The notes under the pieces: generated by a model | Database searches by the model: none | What the model saw: the letters and a program-made list of their open reading frames with translations, nothing else | What the model was told of the DNA's origin: nothing | Shown here: positions 29,502 through 40,878 of the stretch, in pieces | Numbering within the stretch: the stretch's first letter is position 1 | Layout of the letters: each line of letters starts with the position of its first letter | Program-made: the position numbers and the translations under genes | Assembly: GCA_965217895.1 (NCBI GenBank) | Contig: CBDCJV010000002.1 | Location: forward strand, 3,296,001-3,360,000 | Source: Waterburya sp. | GTDB lineage: Bacteria > Cyanobacteriota > Cyanobacteriia > Cyanobacteriales > Xenococcaceae | Reading direction: 5' to 3' | DNA length: 64,000 nucleotides

Positions 29502-32500
29502 TCACTCATCAATAATTGCATCGCGATCTAACAATAATAGGTTACGCAAGCTGCCAGTATCTAAATCTGTTAGCCATTGTTCACCTGCATTTACGGTTTG
29601 TTCTGCTAGTTCTTTTTTGCTTTCGATAATGTCGCTGATCCGCTCTTCTAAAGTACCAGTACAGACGAATTTGTGTACCTGGACATTGCGTTTTTGCCCA
29701 ATCCGAAATGCTCGATCCGTCGCTTGGTTTTCTACCGCAGGATTCCACCAGCGATCGACGTGAAAAACGTGATTTGCTCTGGTTAAGTTAAGTCCTGTTC
29801 CCCCTGCTTTCAAAGATAGAATAAATATCTTAGGACCATTAGGCTCATTTTGAAAACGATCTACCATTTCTTGTCTAGCTTCACGACGAGTAGAACCATA
29901 TAAAAATAGAACTTCGCCTTTTAATTTCTCTTCTAAATAAGGTTTGAGCATCTTACCCCATTGAGAAAATTGAGTAAAAATTAAGGCTCGATCGCCCTCG
30001 TCAACAATTTCATCTAACATCTCTTCTAAACGCAGTAGTTTACCAGAGCGATCGCCAAAATTATCCGTATTTATTTGCTCTTTATTACTTTTATCGTTAT
30101 TGAGTAATTCAGGATGGTTGCAAAGCTGCTTGAGACGCAATAAGAGAGTTAAGATTAAACCACGGCGTTTAATCCCCTCAGAATCTTCTATTTCTTCTAA
30201 AGAGTTATCAACTAACTGTTGATATAGCTCTGCCTGTTCGCTTGAAAGCCCACAGAAAACGTTCATTTCCTGCTTTTCTGGTAAGTCTTGAATAATGTTT
30301 TGATCGGTTTTTAAACGGCGCAGAATAAAGGGCTGAGTTAAAGATCTAAGAATATTTAAAGACTCGCGATCGCCATATTTTTCAATTGGCACAGCAAACC
30401 TTTTTTGGAAGAAGTTGCGATTACCCAAAAAGCCAGGATTGAGAAAGTCGAGAATTGACCATAACTCAGTCAAGCGATTTTCTACAGGTGTTCCTGTCAG
30501 GGCAATCCGAAAGCCTGCGGGAATTTCTCTGATTGCTTGAGACTGTTTAGCAGCAGGGTTTTTGATGTTTTGCGCTTCGTCTAAGACCACACCCTGCCAG
30601 TCCATAGCTGATAAAGTTTTAAGATCTCTAGGGATTAAAGAATAGCTGGTAATTACTAACTGTTTATTTTCAACTTGTTTAACAAAAGTTTTTCCTTGCG
30701 ATCGCTTATCTCCATGATGGATTATTGTTTTTAACTTGGGGGCAAATTTCTTGACTTCTCGCTCCCAGTTATTGATCACCGAAGTAGGACAAACTAATAA
30801 AGTAGGCTTTTCTAAACTATTTTCTTGTTTCAGGTTTAACAAAAAAGCTATTAGTTGGATCGTTTTTCCCAAACCCATATCGTCTGCCAAACAAGCACCT
30901 AATCCCCAGGTTTCTAGAAAGGATAACCAACCCACACCTTTTGCCTGATAGGGACGCAATTCCCCCACAAAACCTTTGATGTTATTAACAGGTTCAACAG
31001 CTTTATTGTCACTCAAATTATCAAGTAAACCTGATAATACTCCAGTAGATTCAAACTTAACTACAGGCAGTTTAGCTAAAGTTTTCGTATCGCCAGTAGA
31101 CAACCGCAAAGCATCTTCCACTGATAAATCAAGCTGCTCATTAGACCGATCTAACACCGCTTGAGCAGCCTTAACGTCGGCAGGCTGCAGGGCAATCCAT
31201 TGTCCATCGATCTCGACTATCGGCGATTTTTGCGCCAATAACTTTTTAAAATCTGCTTTAGAAACATGGCGATCGCCTACTGCAATTTCTAGCTTATACT
31301 TGAGCATACTTTGCAGACTTAAGCGTTCTCCTTTTCTTTTTGCCACGCTGGCAGTCATTTTAATGCCCAATCTTTGCTCACTATTATCAGAACTCAAGCC
31401 AGGCGGAACAATTACCCCCAGACCATTATCCTGCAACTGCCAAGAAATTGCTCTGATAAATTGGTAAACTTGGATGGGATCGAGGGAACAATTGACAGGT
31501 TGACCTTTTTCAAGGCTTCCTTTAATTGGCTCGTAAATGCGCGTAGCCAACCCTAAACCTTTTAAAAGAGTTTCTTGAGGGTTTTCAATGGTACGTAATG
31601 CCGCTGGGTTAGACTCGTCACCAATATTTAAAAACTCACCTGCACATTGCCAAATAGCTGTTGCCGAAACAACAAAGTCAGGATCGTCTAATGCCTGAAG
31701 ATAATAATTTAAATGCCAGTCGTTTTGTTCTCCTTCAGTAGTTTCCTGGGGCGGAGTCAGCACAAAACAAACTCGATAGCGATTTGAACCTATGTTTTGA
31801 TTGTGGCGACTAACTACATATTCACTAATGGGTAATGCCCAATTATAAAGAACATTAATTAGGCGTTTAATACTTGTGGGTTCAGCTTCTAATACTGGTG
31901 ATTCGGCTAAAGATCGCAACCAAGGCTGCATCCCATCCTCTCTGACATTACCATAGTTGTCACCAACCCAAGAACGTAACCGCGTATCTAAAATAATAAA
32001 AAGCGATCGCAATAATAAATCTTCATCTGTAGTATCTACTTCTGATTCCTCTGCATCTAAATAAGCTAAACAGGCTTCAGGAATAGCTTGAGTAAATTTA
32101 GCCAACCGCACCCGATCTATCTCGCTGTCTATTAATGGTTGCCAGATACCTCGGTAAACATTTTTTTTAGCATCTTGGGCATCAATTCCTGGTAAAAACT
32201 TTTGCCTGACAATTAAGTCCAATGCCCAACGATAAACATGGGACCAAAAACAAATATCCCCTGCTAAATATTTGGTTGTTGCCTGCAATGAACTAAGAGA
32301 TAAAACCTGCAATAAATCAACAGCTTCAGTAGGAGTTAAGCCAAATCCTTTTACTTCCCAAAGATATAAGTCTAAACTTGACTCAGCTTTGACGATATCT
32401 TTGGCATAAACTGGCTGTATTTTTCTGCTTTCTCCTGTACCAGTCACAACAGTAGGCATTCCAATTAGTTGAGTTTGCCAGTTACTTTTATTTAATAATT

Positions 32501-32690
32501 CGGCAACGTCCAACTCATGGCTTTGAAATAGATCTAGTAATTCTTGACGAGATAAATCAAACGGATGAATAAAATCTCCTGATTTATTTAAAGAGAAATT
32601 TTCGTTGACTAGAGATCGCCAAGCTTCCCCCCAGACAAAGAAATAATCTTGTCCTGAATTAACAATCCAACTGCCGTGAATAATTGACAT
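29502..32690 (-). CDS. SNF2-family helicase (with DUF3670-like region)
   Basis: LRPYQ, LADDMGLGKT, LDEAQNIKN, LTGTPVEN, SLKAGGTGLNL, QATDRAFRIGQ. Confidence 0.93.
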   Translation of the reverse strand: MSIIHGSWIVNSGQDYFFVWGEAWRSLVNENFSLNKSGDFIHPFDLSRQELLDLFQSHELDVAELLNKSNWQTQLIGMPTVVTGTGESRKIQPVYAKDIVKAESSLDLYLWEVKGFGLTPTEAVDLLQVLSLSSLQATTKYLAGDICFWSHVYRWALDLIVRQKFLPGIDAQDAKKNVYRGIWQPLIDSEIDRVRLAKFTQAIPEACLAYLDAEESEVDTTDEDLLLRSLFIILDTRLRSWVGDNYGNVREDGMQPWLRSLAESPVLEAEPTSIKRLINVLYNWALPISEYVVSRHNQNIGSNRYRVCFVLTPPQETTEGEQNDWHLNYYLQALDDPDFVVSATAIWQCAGEFLNIGDESNPAALRTIENPQETLLKGLGLATRIYEPIKGSLEKGQPVNCSLDPIQVYQFIRAISWQLQDNGLGVIVPPGLSSDNSEQRLGIKMTASVAKRKGERLSLQSMLKYKLEIAVGDRHVSKADFKKLLAQKSPIVEIDGQWIALQPADVKAAQAVLDRSNEQLDLSVEDALRLSTGDTKTLAKLPVVKFESTGVLSGLLDNLSDNKAVEPVNNIKGFVGELRPYQAKGVGWLSFLETWGLGACLADDMGLGKTIQLIAFLLNLKQENSLEKPTLLVCPTSVINNWEREVKKFAPKLKTIIHHGDKRSQGKTFVKQVENKQLVITSYSLIPRDLKTLSAMDWQGVVLDEAQNIKNPAAKQSQAIREIPAGFRIALTGTPVENRLTELWSILDFLNPGFLGNRNFFQKRFAVPIEKYGDRESLNILRSLTQPFILRRLKTDQNIIQDLPEKQEMNVFCGLSSEQAELYQQLVDNSLEEIEDSEGIKRRGLILTLLLRLKQLCNHPELLNNDKSNKEQINTDNFGDRSGKLLRLEEMLDEIVDEGDRALIFTQFSQWGKMLKPYLEEKLKGEVLFLYGSTRREARQEMVDRFQNEPNGPKIFILSLKAGGTGLNLTRANHVFHVDRWWNPAVENQATDRAFRIGQKRNVQVHKFVCTGTLEERISDIIESKKELAEQTVNAGEQWLTDLDTGSLRNLLLLDRDAIIDE

Positions 32691-33371
32691 AATTATCTTG
32701 AATACAGGTTATTTATCTACTTTTTAAGCTTTAACCCATAGGTTTTGAGCCTTTAGCCTCTGGTAATTACTGAGCGAATAAATCAGTCCTTAACTCTAGC
32801 TCTAGCTAATCTTTTCTGCTTTGTAAAGTTTGGCTATAAACCTCAAATAAATTCTCAGCTTAGAAACGAATAACTAAAAATTGCCTTCCTTTAACTACAT
32901 CGTGAGTAAGTCAAAGAAAAACTGAATAATATTACTGATCAGTCTAGCAAGTTTATGTCATATCTAAGCCGAAGCTACTACATTTATATAAATCTATATA
33001 AAATGCAGCTAAAACCAGCTAAAAATCCTGCTTTTTTGTCAGGAGAGAACGGATTTGAGGCTATATTCCTTTTTTATACATTATATAAGCCAAAAAGTTT
33101 TAAAACTCTCTGTATCGCTCAAAATCCGTAAATTACTAGTAAATCCAAAGTTTATTAGCCTACTACTGCTCCTATAGTAGCGCAATTCTTAATTATGTTT
33201 AAAGTGTAACTCAAATTAAGTAATAATTAATAGCTTTTTGATTGTAATTGCAAGTTTAAATATGAAAATAAAATGATTAAAACATGAGGCAAAAATGATA
33301 TTTAGGAGTAAATAAAATTACTAAAATTAAGTAATAATATAAAATTACTGATAAACTTCTATTTTTAATTA

Positions 33372-33935
33372 ATGAACATTTGGGGAATAATTTTTCTAGC
33401 ATTAGGATTGGCTGCTGATGCTTTTGCGGTTTCTCTAACTAGTGGTTTGCTGATTCAAAGAATTAAAATCAATAAAGCTTTAAAAATAGCTTTGTTTTTT
33501 GGTGGTTTTCAATGGCTGATGTTTTTGCTAGGTTGGCGGCTTGGAGTAAACTTCAGTCAACTGATTGCGGATTTTGACCACTGGATAGCTTTTCTACTTT
33601 TAAGCTTAATTGGGGGCAAAATGATCTATGAATCACTGCAATGTGAAGCCGATAAACCAAAGTTCAATCCCTTAGATTTTAATACTCTTTTGGGATTAGC
33701 GATCGCAACTAGTATTGATGCTTTAGTTGCTGGTCTGGGATTATCCTTACTCAAAATTTCGATTATTTATGTGGCAACTTTAATTGGCTTAATTACTTTT
33801 TTGTTGTCTTTTGCGGGGGTATTTATTGGTCACAAGGTTGGCAATAAAATAAATAGCAAAATTGAAATCATGGGTGGTTTAATCTTAATAGCTATTGGTA
33901 GCAAAATTTTAATAGAACATTTATTTTTTCTCTGA
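33372..33935 (+). CDS. mntP: Manganese efflux pump MntP family
   Basis: ALGLAADAFAVS, DHWIAF, AIATSIDAL, GGLILIAIG. Confidence 0.9.
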   Translation: MNIWGIIFLALGLAADAFAVSLTSGLLIQRIKINKALKIALFFGGFQWLMFLLGWRLGVNFSQLIADFDHWIAFLLLSLIGGKMIYESLQCEADKPKFNPLDFNTLLGLAIATSIDALVAGLGLSLLKISIIYVATLIGLITFLLSFAGVFIGHKVGNKINSKIEIMGGLILIAIGSKILIEHLFFL

Positions 33936-34184
33936 AAAAGCCTCATAATCTCCACCCAAAGACTCGACAATTAACTTAGTGTTGGCAACCAGCATTTTGA
34001 TATGGCTATCACCCTCGCTTCCTGGTGCGCCAATGGAGTCAGATAAATAAAAATTAGTTTGTTAATGGAATAGTCAGAAATATTACAGATATAGACTCTA
34101 TAACGCCAAATTTTAGATACTAAAAAACCGACTAACACGAAGTTGTAATTAGTCGGCAACATAATTTAAATATTGATTTTAAAC

Positions 34185-34307
34185 TTATGCTTCTTCTTGA
34201 TTGAAGTATTTTTGTATTTGAGCTATAGCAGCACTACCGATGTTAAATATAGCCCAGCTAGCTGCGATCGCTAGAGGAGCAACGACTATTACTATACGCC
34301 AATCCAT
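34185..34307 (-). CDS. psbY: Photosystem II protein Y (not in ORF track)
   Basis: [40 protein letters not shown], 40 aa, AGGAG RBS. Confidence 0.95.
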   Translation of the reverse strand: MDWRIVIVVAPLAIAASWAIFNIGSAAIAQIQKYFNQEEA

Positions 34308-34495
34308 AATTTTATCTCCTTTACAATTTTCAATTTATTTAAAAGGCTTTTTAACGCCAAACCAGACGTAACTATAATCAAATGTACCAGTTTTCTTAAC
34401 CATTTATCCATATTTCTGGTTACGCTTGATGTCTATAGGCTTCGTTTTCAATTTATTGTTTTTAGCGACAAGCTCTAGGCTTTGTAGACAAAAAG

Positions 34496-34522
34496 AAAAA
34501 CCCCCTCAATGGAAGGGGCTTT
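34496..34522 (-). terminator. Probable intrinsic terminator after the DUF1517 gene
   Basis: CCCC/GGGG stem followed by a T-run on the minus strand. Confidence 0.45.
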
Positions 34523-34546
34523 GTGTCAAAATTGAGCGAGATTAAC

Positions 34547-35506
34547 CTATACCAATTTGAGGTTAGGATAGTAAGCCAAAATATCATCAGAGGTTAAGGT
34601 GTCGCCGTCTGCTTGGGGTGTCCAAAGAATCTCTACTGCCAATAAGCGATCGCTGCCAATACTGCCTATTTGTTGTAATGCTTGGCGCATATCATCAGGA
34701 TTATTAATTTTGGGCAGGTTCAAATTACCTGTTGCACCCACAATTAGCGTGGCGACAATATATTCTCCATTGTCTCCTTCTCTTAGCTGAATCGCTCCTT
34801 CCTCGGAGTTACCGCCCAGAGCTTTTTGCTCTTCACGATCAATGACATTATTGATATTACTTAGGGTTTCTTCGCTAAACTTACTGCGTTCAGTCAAAGC
34901 TAGCTGATTAAATTTTGCTTCAGCAGCATCTAAGCTAGCTTTTTGCGAGTCTGTTGAACCATATACCCAATATTCAGGGTGACGCAATAAAGCCAAGGTT
35001 GCTTCTTGAACTACGGTGGCTCTACCTGTGGCTGAACTAGTATCAGCAGTCAAAGCCAAACGGTTTAGCTCAGGCTGCAACTCACGAGCATTAGACAATA
35101 AGCCTACCTGTACTTGAGCTACAGATACCTGAGAACTGCTGTTATAACCACCATCTTCGCCAATTCCAGCACTGCGGAAGCTACGGACTAAAAAGCTAGC
35201 GATCGCAAAAAAGATAAGAACTGAAAACAGTCCGCCACCACCGAAGCCAATAAAGGGAAGCAGAAAGGGAAACCCAAATCCGCCACCGCCGTAACCATAG
35301 CCAGGGGATCTATAGCCACCACCACGAGGAGTAGAATAGCTGCGAGAAGGTGCGCGAAATGAACCACCTCCAATTCTGCCACCGCTACGGGCTGCCATTG
35401 CCGTGCTGGCATTGCCAAGCACAAGAACGCCGACAAGTCCTAAAGCTACAATAGATTTGAACCAAAATTCTCGTTTAAAAATCATTTTCATTTGTTTGTT
35501 AATCAT
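34547..35506 (-). CDS. DUF1517-family membrane protein (FLAP1/FlpA-like)
   Basis: ARSGGRIGGGSF, Gly-rich segment, TM, ALLRHPEYW, EILWTPQ. Confidence 0.85.
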   Translation of the reverse strand: MINKQMKMIFKREFWFKSIVALGLVGVLVLGNASTAMAARSGGRIGGGSFRAPSRSYSTPRGGGYRSPGYGYGGGGFGFPFLLPFIGFGGGGLFSVLIFFAIASFLVRSFRSAGIGEDGGYNSSSQVSVAQVQVGLLSNARELQPELNRLALTADTSSATGRATVVQEATLALLRHPEYWVYGSTDSQKASLDAAEAKFNQLALTERSKFSEETLSNINNVIDREEQKALGGNSEEGAIQLREGDNGEYIVATLIVGATGNLNLPKINNPDDMRQALQQIGSIGSDRLLAVEILWTPQADGDTLTSDDILAYYPNLKLV

Positions 35507-35546
35507 CTATCTAAAATATTTTTACTTCTTACTTTTTACTTAATAT

Positions 35547-35768
35547 CTATCCACCGCCAACGATGGTAACAATCTCTAGGCGATCGCCCGAACGCATCTG
35601 CGTCTGTTGCCAATACTGACGATGTAAAATTTCTCCGTTGTATTCTACGGCGATCAGACGAGGATTTAAATCTAATTGGGTTAACAGTTCAGGTAAAGGA
35701 ATTGACGCTACGCAAGTATGAGGTTCTCCGTTGACCTGTATTTTTATTGTATTAGTTACATTTGACAT
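35547..35768 (-). CDS. thiS: Sulfur carrier protein ThiS
   Basis: VNGE, AVEYNGEI, EIVTIVGGG C-terminus. Confidence 0.95.
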   Translation of the reverse strand: MSNVTNTIKIQVNGEPHTCVASIPLPELLTQLDLNPRLIAVEYNGEILHRQYWQQTQMRSGDRLEIVTIVGGG

Positions 35769-35791
35769 AAATCTAGCCTTAAATGGGGTAA

Positions 35792-36805
35792 TTACCGTCT
35801 AATTAACTGAGATATAAGCTGGCGAGTAATTTGCATTGGTTGCTCTGCTTGCATAATAGCGCGAACTACTGCAACCCTTTGTGCGCCTGTGGTTAGAACT
35901 GCATTTAAATTATTTTGCTCAATACCACCAATGGCAAACCAAGGTACAGGACATTTAGCGTTGACATAATTAATATATTCAGCAGTCAGTGCTGGCTTAC
36001 CTGGCTTGGTAGGAGTCTCATAAAAAGGTCCTACCCCAACGTAGTCGGCTCGTTCAGCGATCGCTTTATCTAACTCTTGCTTATTGGTAGTAGAGCGACC
36101 AACAATTTTGTGTGTCCCTAATACCTCGCGAGCAAAAGCCACTGGTGCATCATGTTGACCCAAATGAACTCCATCTGCATCTACCGCCAGAGCGATATCT
36201 ACTCGATCGTTAACAATAAACAAAGCATTATAATGATGGCATAGCTGGCATAATTGATCGGCTTTGGCAATGCGATCGCTATCTTGACCTTCTTTATCTC
36301 GATACTGCACTAAAGTTAAACCACCTTTTAAAGCAGCTTCAACTATTTTGAGAATTTCTGGTTCAGGAGAAGTCACCAAATACAAAGGAGCATTGTGTAG
36401 CTGCTGAAGACGATAATTGTTTAATAAACTGCTTTCAATTGTGTAAACGCGATAGCGCATCTGTTTACAGGCTGCTGCCATTTCTAACCAATAAAGCTTA
36501 CTATATTCCTCTAAAACTCTTAACGCCTCTTGCGATCGACATAAATTTGCCTGTAGCAATTGTTCAATACTATCTCGTGTTTCTTCTTGGGGATGAGATA
36601 AATCTGTTCCCACATCACCTGGAGTATCTCGCGCCTGACGCAATTCCCAGCTATGCCATTGGGCTAATTCTTGACGTATCTGCTTACATTCTTCAGCTAA
36701 TGGTTGATTATTTAAACCCAGGCGACACCACTCTTCAATAATTCTTAATCCTTCTCTGGCGCGATCGAGATTAGCATCCAAAATACGATAAATAGCTTTT
36801 TTCAT
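35792..36805 (-). CDS. thiE: Thiamine-phosphate synthase, cyanobacterial type with N-terminal extension
   Basis: RILDANLDRAREGLR, QYRDK, NDRVD, GVHLGQ, TPTKP, AIGGI; likely start ATG 36805. Confidence 0.95.
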   Translation of the reverse strand: MKKAIYRILDANLDRAREGLRIIEEWCRLGLNNQPLAEECKQIRQELAQWHSWELRQARDTPGDVGTDLSHPQEETRDSIEQLLQANLCRSQEALRVLEEYSKLYWLEMAAACKQMRYRVYTIESSLLNNYRLQQLHNAPLYLVTSPEPEILKIVEAALKGGLTLVQYRDKEGQDSDRIAKADQLCQLCHHYNALFIVNDRVDIALAVDADGVHLGQHDAPVAFAREVLGTHKIVGRSTTNKQELDKAIAERADYVGVGPFYETPTKPGKPALTAEYINYVNAKCPVPWFAIGGIEQNNLNAVLTTGAQRVAVVRAIMQAEQPMQITRQLISQLIRR

Positions 36806-37403
36806 CCTAATTAATTTGATAATTAAACAATTTGTCATCCTATCTCATAACTATGAATTGCTTTTGAAGGACAATCAAGAATTAACAATCTGGTAGAAGT
36901 TATTTAATTTTGACAGCTTAGTGTTCACTAAAACTTTATAAAACTAGCTTGATGTTTATTAAAACTTTATAAAATCAAGGTTGTCAATTCTATTTTGAGT
37001 GATTATGATTGTGTTTGAAAACAACCTAAGTATTTTTTCTTAAATATTTATACTTAGACGAACATTAACATTCTTTAATCTTGATAGTTTATTGACCCAA
37101 TATATCCAATATATTTTGCCCAAAACCCGCTCAAGATTAAATAAATTTAGAGAATGCTGGCTTAGATTGCTTTTATTCTAATAAGATTGAAAGCTGTTTG
37201 ATTTGGTATCGCTATTTTCCTGGTATGTGCGTATAAAAATATACATAGTTTTTTCAACTATTTGCAAGTAGCAATTGTATCAACAAATATTTTCAATTCA
37301 TAAATTTGCATAGTCGATCAAAACTACATAAATATCCATATAAATCTCGCGGTTTCAAGCGTATTTCTTTGATGTCTGCGTTTAAATTGCCGATCGCAAC
37401 CTC

Positions 37404-37466
37404 GACAGTCCTTCTAAGGCGAGAAAGGACTTGTCCGCATCTGACCCGCGTAACAGGCTGTCTCGC
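37404..37466 (+). promoter_or_regulatory. GC-rich two-hairpin leader upstream of the glycosyltransferase pair (candidate cis-regulatory RNA)
   Basis: GACAGTCCTTCT-AAGGCG-AGAAAGGACTTGTC stem, then CTG-ACCCGCGTAA-CAG, in otherwise AT-rich DNA. Confidence 0.4.
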
Positions 37467-37519
37467 AAAATTACTCAAACTATATATTTCTTATTCCAAT
37501 TATCAATTAGTTAACACCT

Positions 37520-38692
37520 ATGAAAATTGCTGTCCTCGGTGTCAAACAAATTCCTGCTAAACAGGGCGATACAGAACGTCATTGCCAAGAACTATATACA
37601 AAAATTGCAGCACGAGGGCATCAAGTAGATTTGTTTGCTCAACCTAAATATAGCCAAGAAACTAAATCATTGGTTTCCCACTATAAAAGCATTAGAATAA
37701 TTGCTTTGCCATTACTCCCAGAAAGAAAACTATTTTTTTTCCTCAGTGCAGCTATAAATACTGTTCGGGCAACTTTCGGCAATTATGACATAATTCACTT
37801 TTATGGCGTAAAAAGTGCTTTTGTTGTCTGGTTTGCCAAATTGTTCTCTGTTTCTAAGATTGTCGTTTCTTGTCAGCAATTAGATCATCAAAAATATAAA
37901 AGAAAAAAGCCGATTAATCAGCTACTACTTTGGCTTGAGAAAGTAGTGGTTAAAAATGCGGATGAACTTATTGTCGATTCTAAGACTTTAGCCAAATATT
38001 TTGAGCAAAATTATGATCTTTTTGCTAGCCACATACCTAATGCGCCAGTAAGCTATCGACCAAATAAGAATAAAATTAGCTATGTGCCAACTTTTGGATT
38101 AGATAAAAAGCAATATATTCTTTATTTGGGTAAACTTGAGCCTAGTCAAAGACTTGATTTATTAATTCGAGCTTTTATAGAAGTAGAGTCTTTTGGTTGG
38201 CAGCTAGTTATAGCAGGAGATATTGATGATGATGCTGAGTATGCAGTCGCATTACTAAAACTAGCTAAACAGCATGACAAGATTATTTTTATTAATGAAG
38301 TTAGAGGATCTTGTTTAGCAGAAATTCTCCAGTGTGCGGGTTTGTTGGTGTATCTTTCCTCAGAAACCAATTCAAAATTATCTTCGGTGATCTTAGAAGC
38401 TATGGAGTCAGGGACTCCTGTTTTAGCTAGCGATATCCCCGTCCATCGAGAATTAATTGGCAGCGATCGCGGTTTGTTATTTGCCCCAGATCGGCTAGAA
38501 TCATTAAGCTCAAAGCTAAAATGCGCTTTAGCCAACCCAATTTTACTACGGGCAGTGTCCAGGCGATCGCAGACTTATATTGCCATACATCACAACTGGG
38601 ATCGGGTAGTCTACAAAAATTTATTTCTCTATCTCAAAAACGGCGTTAGGACACAGGTAAAAAAACCTAGATATCGGATTTTTGACAACTAA
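37520..38692 (+). CDS. GT4-family glycosyltransferase (degenerate motifs)
   Basis: MKIAVLG, YDIIHF, HIPN, YLGKL, LVIAG, LEAMESGTPVLASDIP. Confidence 0.85.
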   Translation: MKIAVLGVKQIPAKQGDTERHCQELYTKIAARGHQVDLFAQPKYSQETKSLVSHYKSIRIIALPLLPERKLFFFLSAAINTVRATFGNYDIIHFYGVKSAFVVWFAKLFSVSKIVVSCQQLDHQKYKRKKPINQLLLWLEKVVVKNADELIVDSKTLAKYFEQNYDLFASHIPNAPVSYRPNKNKISYVPTFGLDKKQYILYLGKLEPSQRLDLLIRAFIEVESFGWQLVIAGDIDDDAEYAVALLKLAKQHDKIIFINEVRGSCLAEILQCAGLLVYLSSETNSKLSSVILEAMESGTPVLASDIPVHRELIGSDRGLLFAPDRLESLSSKLKCALANPILLRAVSRRSQTYIAIHHNWDRVVYKNLFLYLKNGVRTQVKKPRYRIFDN

Positions 38693-38733
38693 ATTGAATC
38701 AAGAAATCCACGCTCATTTATTTTCTAGAATCA

Positions 38734-39804
38734 ATGTCTATTAACTCGCCCAAGGTTTCTGTGGTTATTAGTGCTTGCCACCAAATCCAGCATTTGTCAC
38801 AGACAATTAATAGTGTTTTACAACAAACCTATGCTGATTTTGAAATTCTCCTATTTAGCAACTGTTGTTTATCTGAGCTTAAATCTTTAGATTTACCTCC
38901 AGACAAACGCCTAAAGCTTGTTTTTTCAGGGAATTTGCACACTTTTGAGATTTTTAATTTAGGCATTACTGAAGCCCAAGGAAAATATATAACCTTTATC
39001 AGAATCCAAGATTTATGGCATCCCGATAAGCTGAATAAACAGGTGTTTTGTCTAGATCATTACCCGAACGTTAGTTTAGTTCATTCTTGGGCAGTTTTAA
39101 TCAACCATCACCAAAAATCTTCAGGTAAAATTTGTCAACACAACCTTTCAGGCTGAGTAGAAAAAGAGATCTTAAAACGAAACCAGATTAATTTCTCCTC
39201 AGTAATATTGCGTCGTCATTGTTTAGATACCGTGGGTTTATTTAATCCCCAGTTACAAACAATCCAGGATTGGGATATGTGGATTAGATTAAGTCGCCGT
39301 TACCAGTTTATGGCGATCGCTGAACCTTTAGTTTTTTGTCAACAACACCAAGACAACATCAAAGAACACTGGTTAACCATAGAAACTAATTTACAAACAA
39401 CTATTGAACAAGCTTATGCCTATGCACCTGCAAAACTATTAGCTCTCAAACGCCTCAGCTATGCCTATGCCAGTCTTTATTTAGCGAGGCAAGTTTTGGC
39501 AAATCAAGAAAGCGATCCTGTTATCGCCCATCACTATTGTCGTCAAGCTTTAGAACATGACCCCAACATTAGTTTTGCACCAGATTTCTGGCAAGTTAGC
39601 TTGGCGGTTATGATGCTGCACTATTCAAAAAGCGATCGCTATCATCGATTACGCTTATTTATGCAAACAACTCAACTTCGGGTAACGGCAATCATCAAAG
39701 GGTTTAAAGTATTTAGCAATAGTCTATTGAACTGGGTGCTAGAAGAAGACGACACCATCATTTTTGAGGAAAACCGAGAAATTAAACGACAAGGCAAAGA
39801 CTAA
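38734..39804 (+). pseudogene. GT2-family glycosyltransferase split by an in-frame TGA at 39154-39156
   Basis: PKVSVVI, SVLQQTYADFE, WHPDKL; ORFs 38734 and 39208 share one frame: LSG*VEKEILKRNQINFSSVILRR...DWDMWIRL. Confidence 0.75.
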
Positions 39805-40089
39805 CGTTTTACAAATACTTTCTGTCTGGGCGATTTGCGAATCGCCCCTTTTATTTAAATTGTCTTAATTCATTAATTGGCGCATGAGCAACGTGAATCC
39901 AAAGGTAATTAAGTGCCTAAAATAAAAGGTGCTAAGGTTAAAAAATATAGCCTTAGTACCTTTCTATATCTTGTTTTTACTTATACTTAAGGTCTTTATA
40001 TTTGCTGACCTCATTTAAATCTTTTACTATAATCCCAGGTTTTTTAAACACATCTTTATTTCGTAATATTTTCTTTATATTTAGCTAAA

Positions 40090-40638
40090 TCAAGAATTGT
40101 TGCTTTTTGTGACACTATCTTGATTCGCTGCTAAAGACACGCCAATCAACTCTGATAGCCAAATTTCAAAATCGCGGATGGGATGAGAGCGAACCGCTAT
40201 TAGAGGATCGATCATTGGTTCGACCAAAATGGTAAACATTCCTAAACGATTACCAGCTAAAACATCAGTAAACAAGCGATCGCCAACCATGGCAATTCTT
40301 TCTACGGGTAGTTCCATTGCTTTTGCTGCCTCTCTCAGGCGACGACGAGAAGGTTTTTGAGCAGCAGAAATAAAGGGCAAATCAACAGATTTGGCAATGT
40401 TGCCGATGCGATTATGACTAATATTATTACTAACTAACCAAATAGGAGTTGCTTGTCGAATTTGTGTAATCCACTGCTGTAATTCCTCGGAAGTTTCCCT
40501 TTGCTTAAAAGGAACCAAAGTTTCATCCACATCTAAAATTAACCCGTTAATATTATATTTTTGGAGTATTTGAGGCGTTAAATCAAAAATAGTTGACCCA
40601 AGAATTAAATTTGGTTGCAGTAGGGTAATCACAGACAT
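40090..40638 (-). CDS. YqeG-family HAD IIIA phosphatase
   Basis: ILDVDETL, VSNN, KP, MVGDRLFTDVLAGNRLG. Confidence 0.92.
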   Translation of the reverse strand: MSVITLLQPNLILGSTIFDLTPQILQKYNINGLILDVDETLVPFKQRETSEELQQWITQIRQATPIWLVSNNISHNRIGNIAKSVDLPFISAAQKPSRRRLREAAKAMELPVERIAMVGDRLFTDVLAGNRLGMFTILVEPMIDPLIAVRSHPIRDFEIWLSELIGVSLAANQDSVTKSNNS

Positions 40639-40878
40639 GATATAAAAAAATAAATATTATATAGTAGGAAAATTTTACTCGACGAAAGCTATATTAGCGA
40701 CTTAAGAAGTAGTATGGCTTGGTCTTTGTCTAATTTACCGTTCAGTTACAAAAAAACACTGCCAAGTACTCATGTATAATCGATTAAGTTCTGTATACTC
40801 GTAACAATCAAACCTAAAGAAAAGATATATTGTTAAAATTAGTAAAGAAACTAAAAATTTAAATAAGCTATTAGAACT

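Noticed and set aside
32691..33371. yybP-ykoY manganese riboswitch upstream of mntP
   Set aside because: Region is very AT-rich with no recognisable conserved core.
36806..37300. TPP riboswitch upstream of thiE-thiS
   Set aside because: No TPP aptamer motifs recognised on the minus strand.
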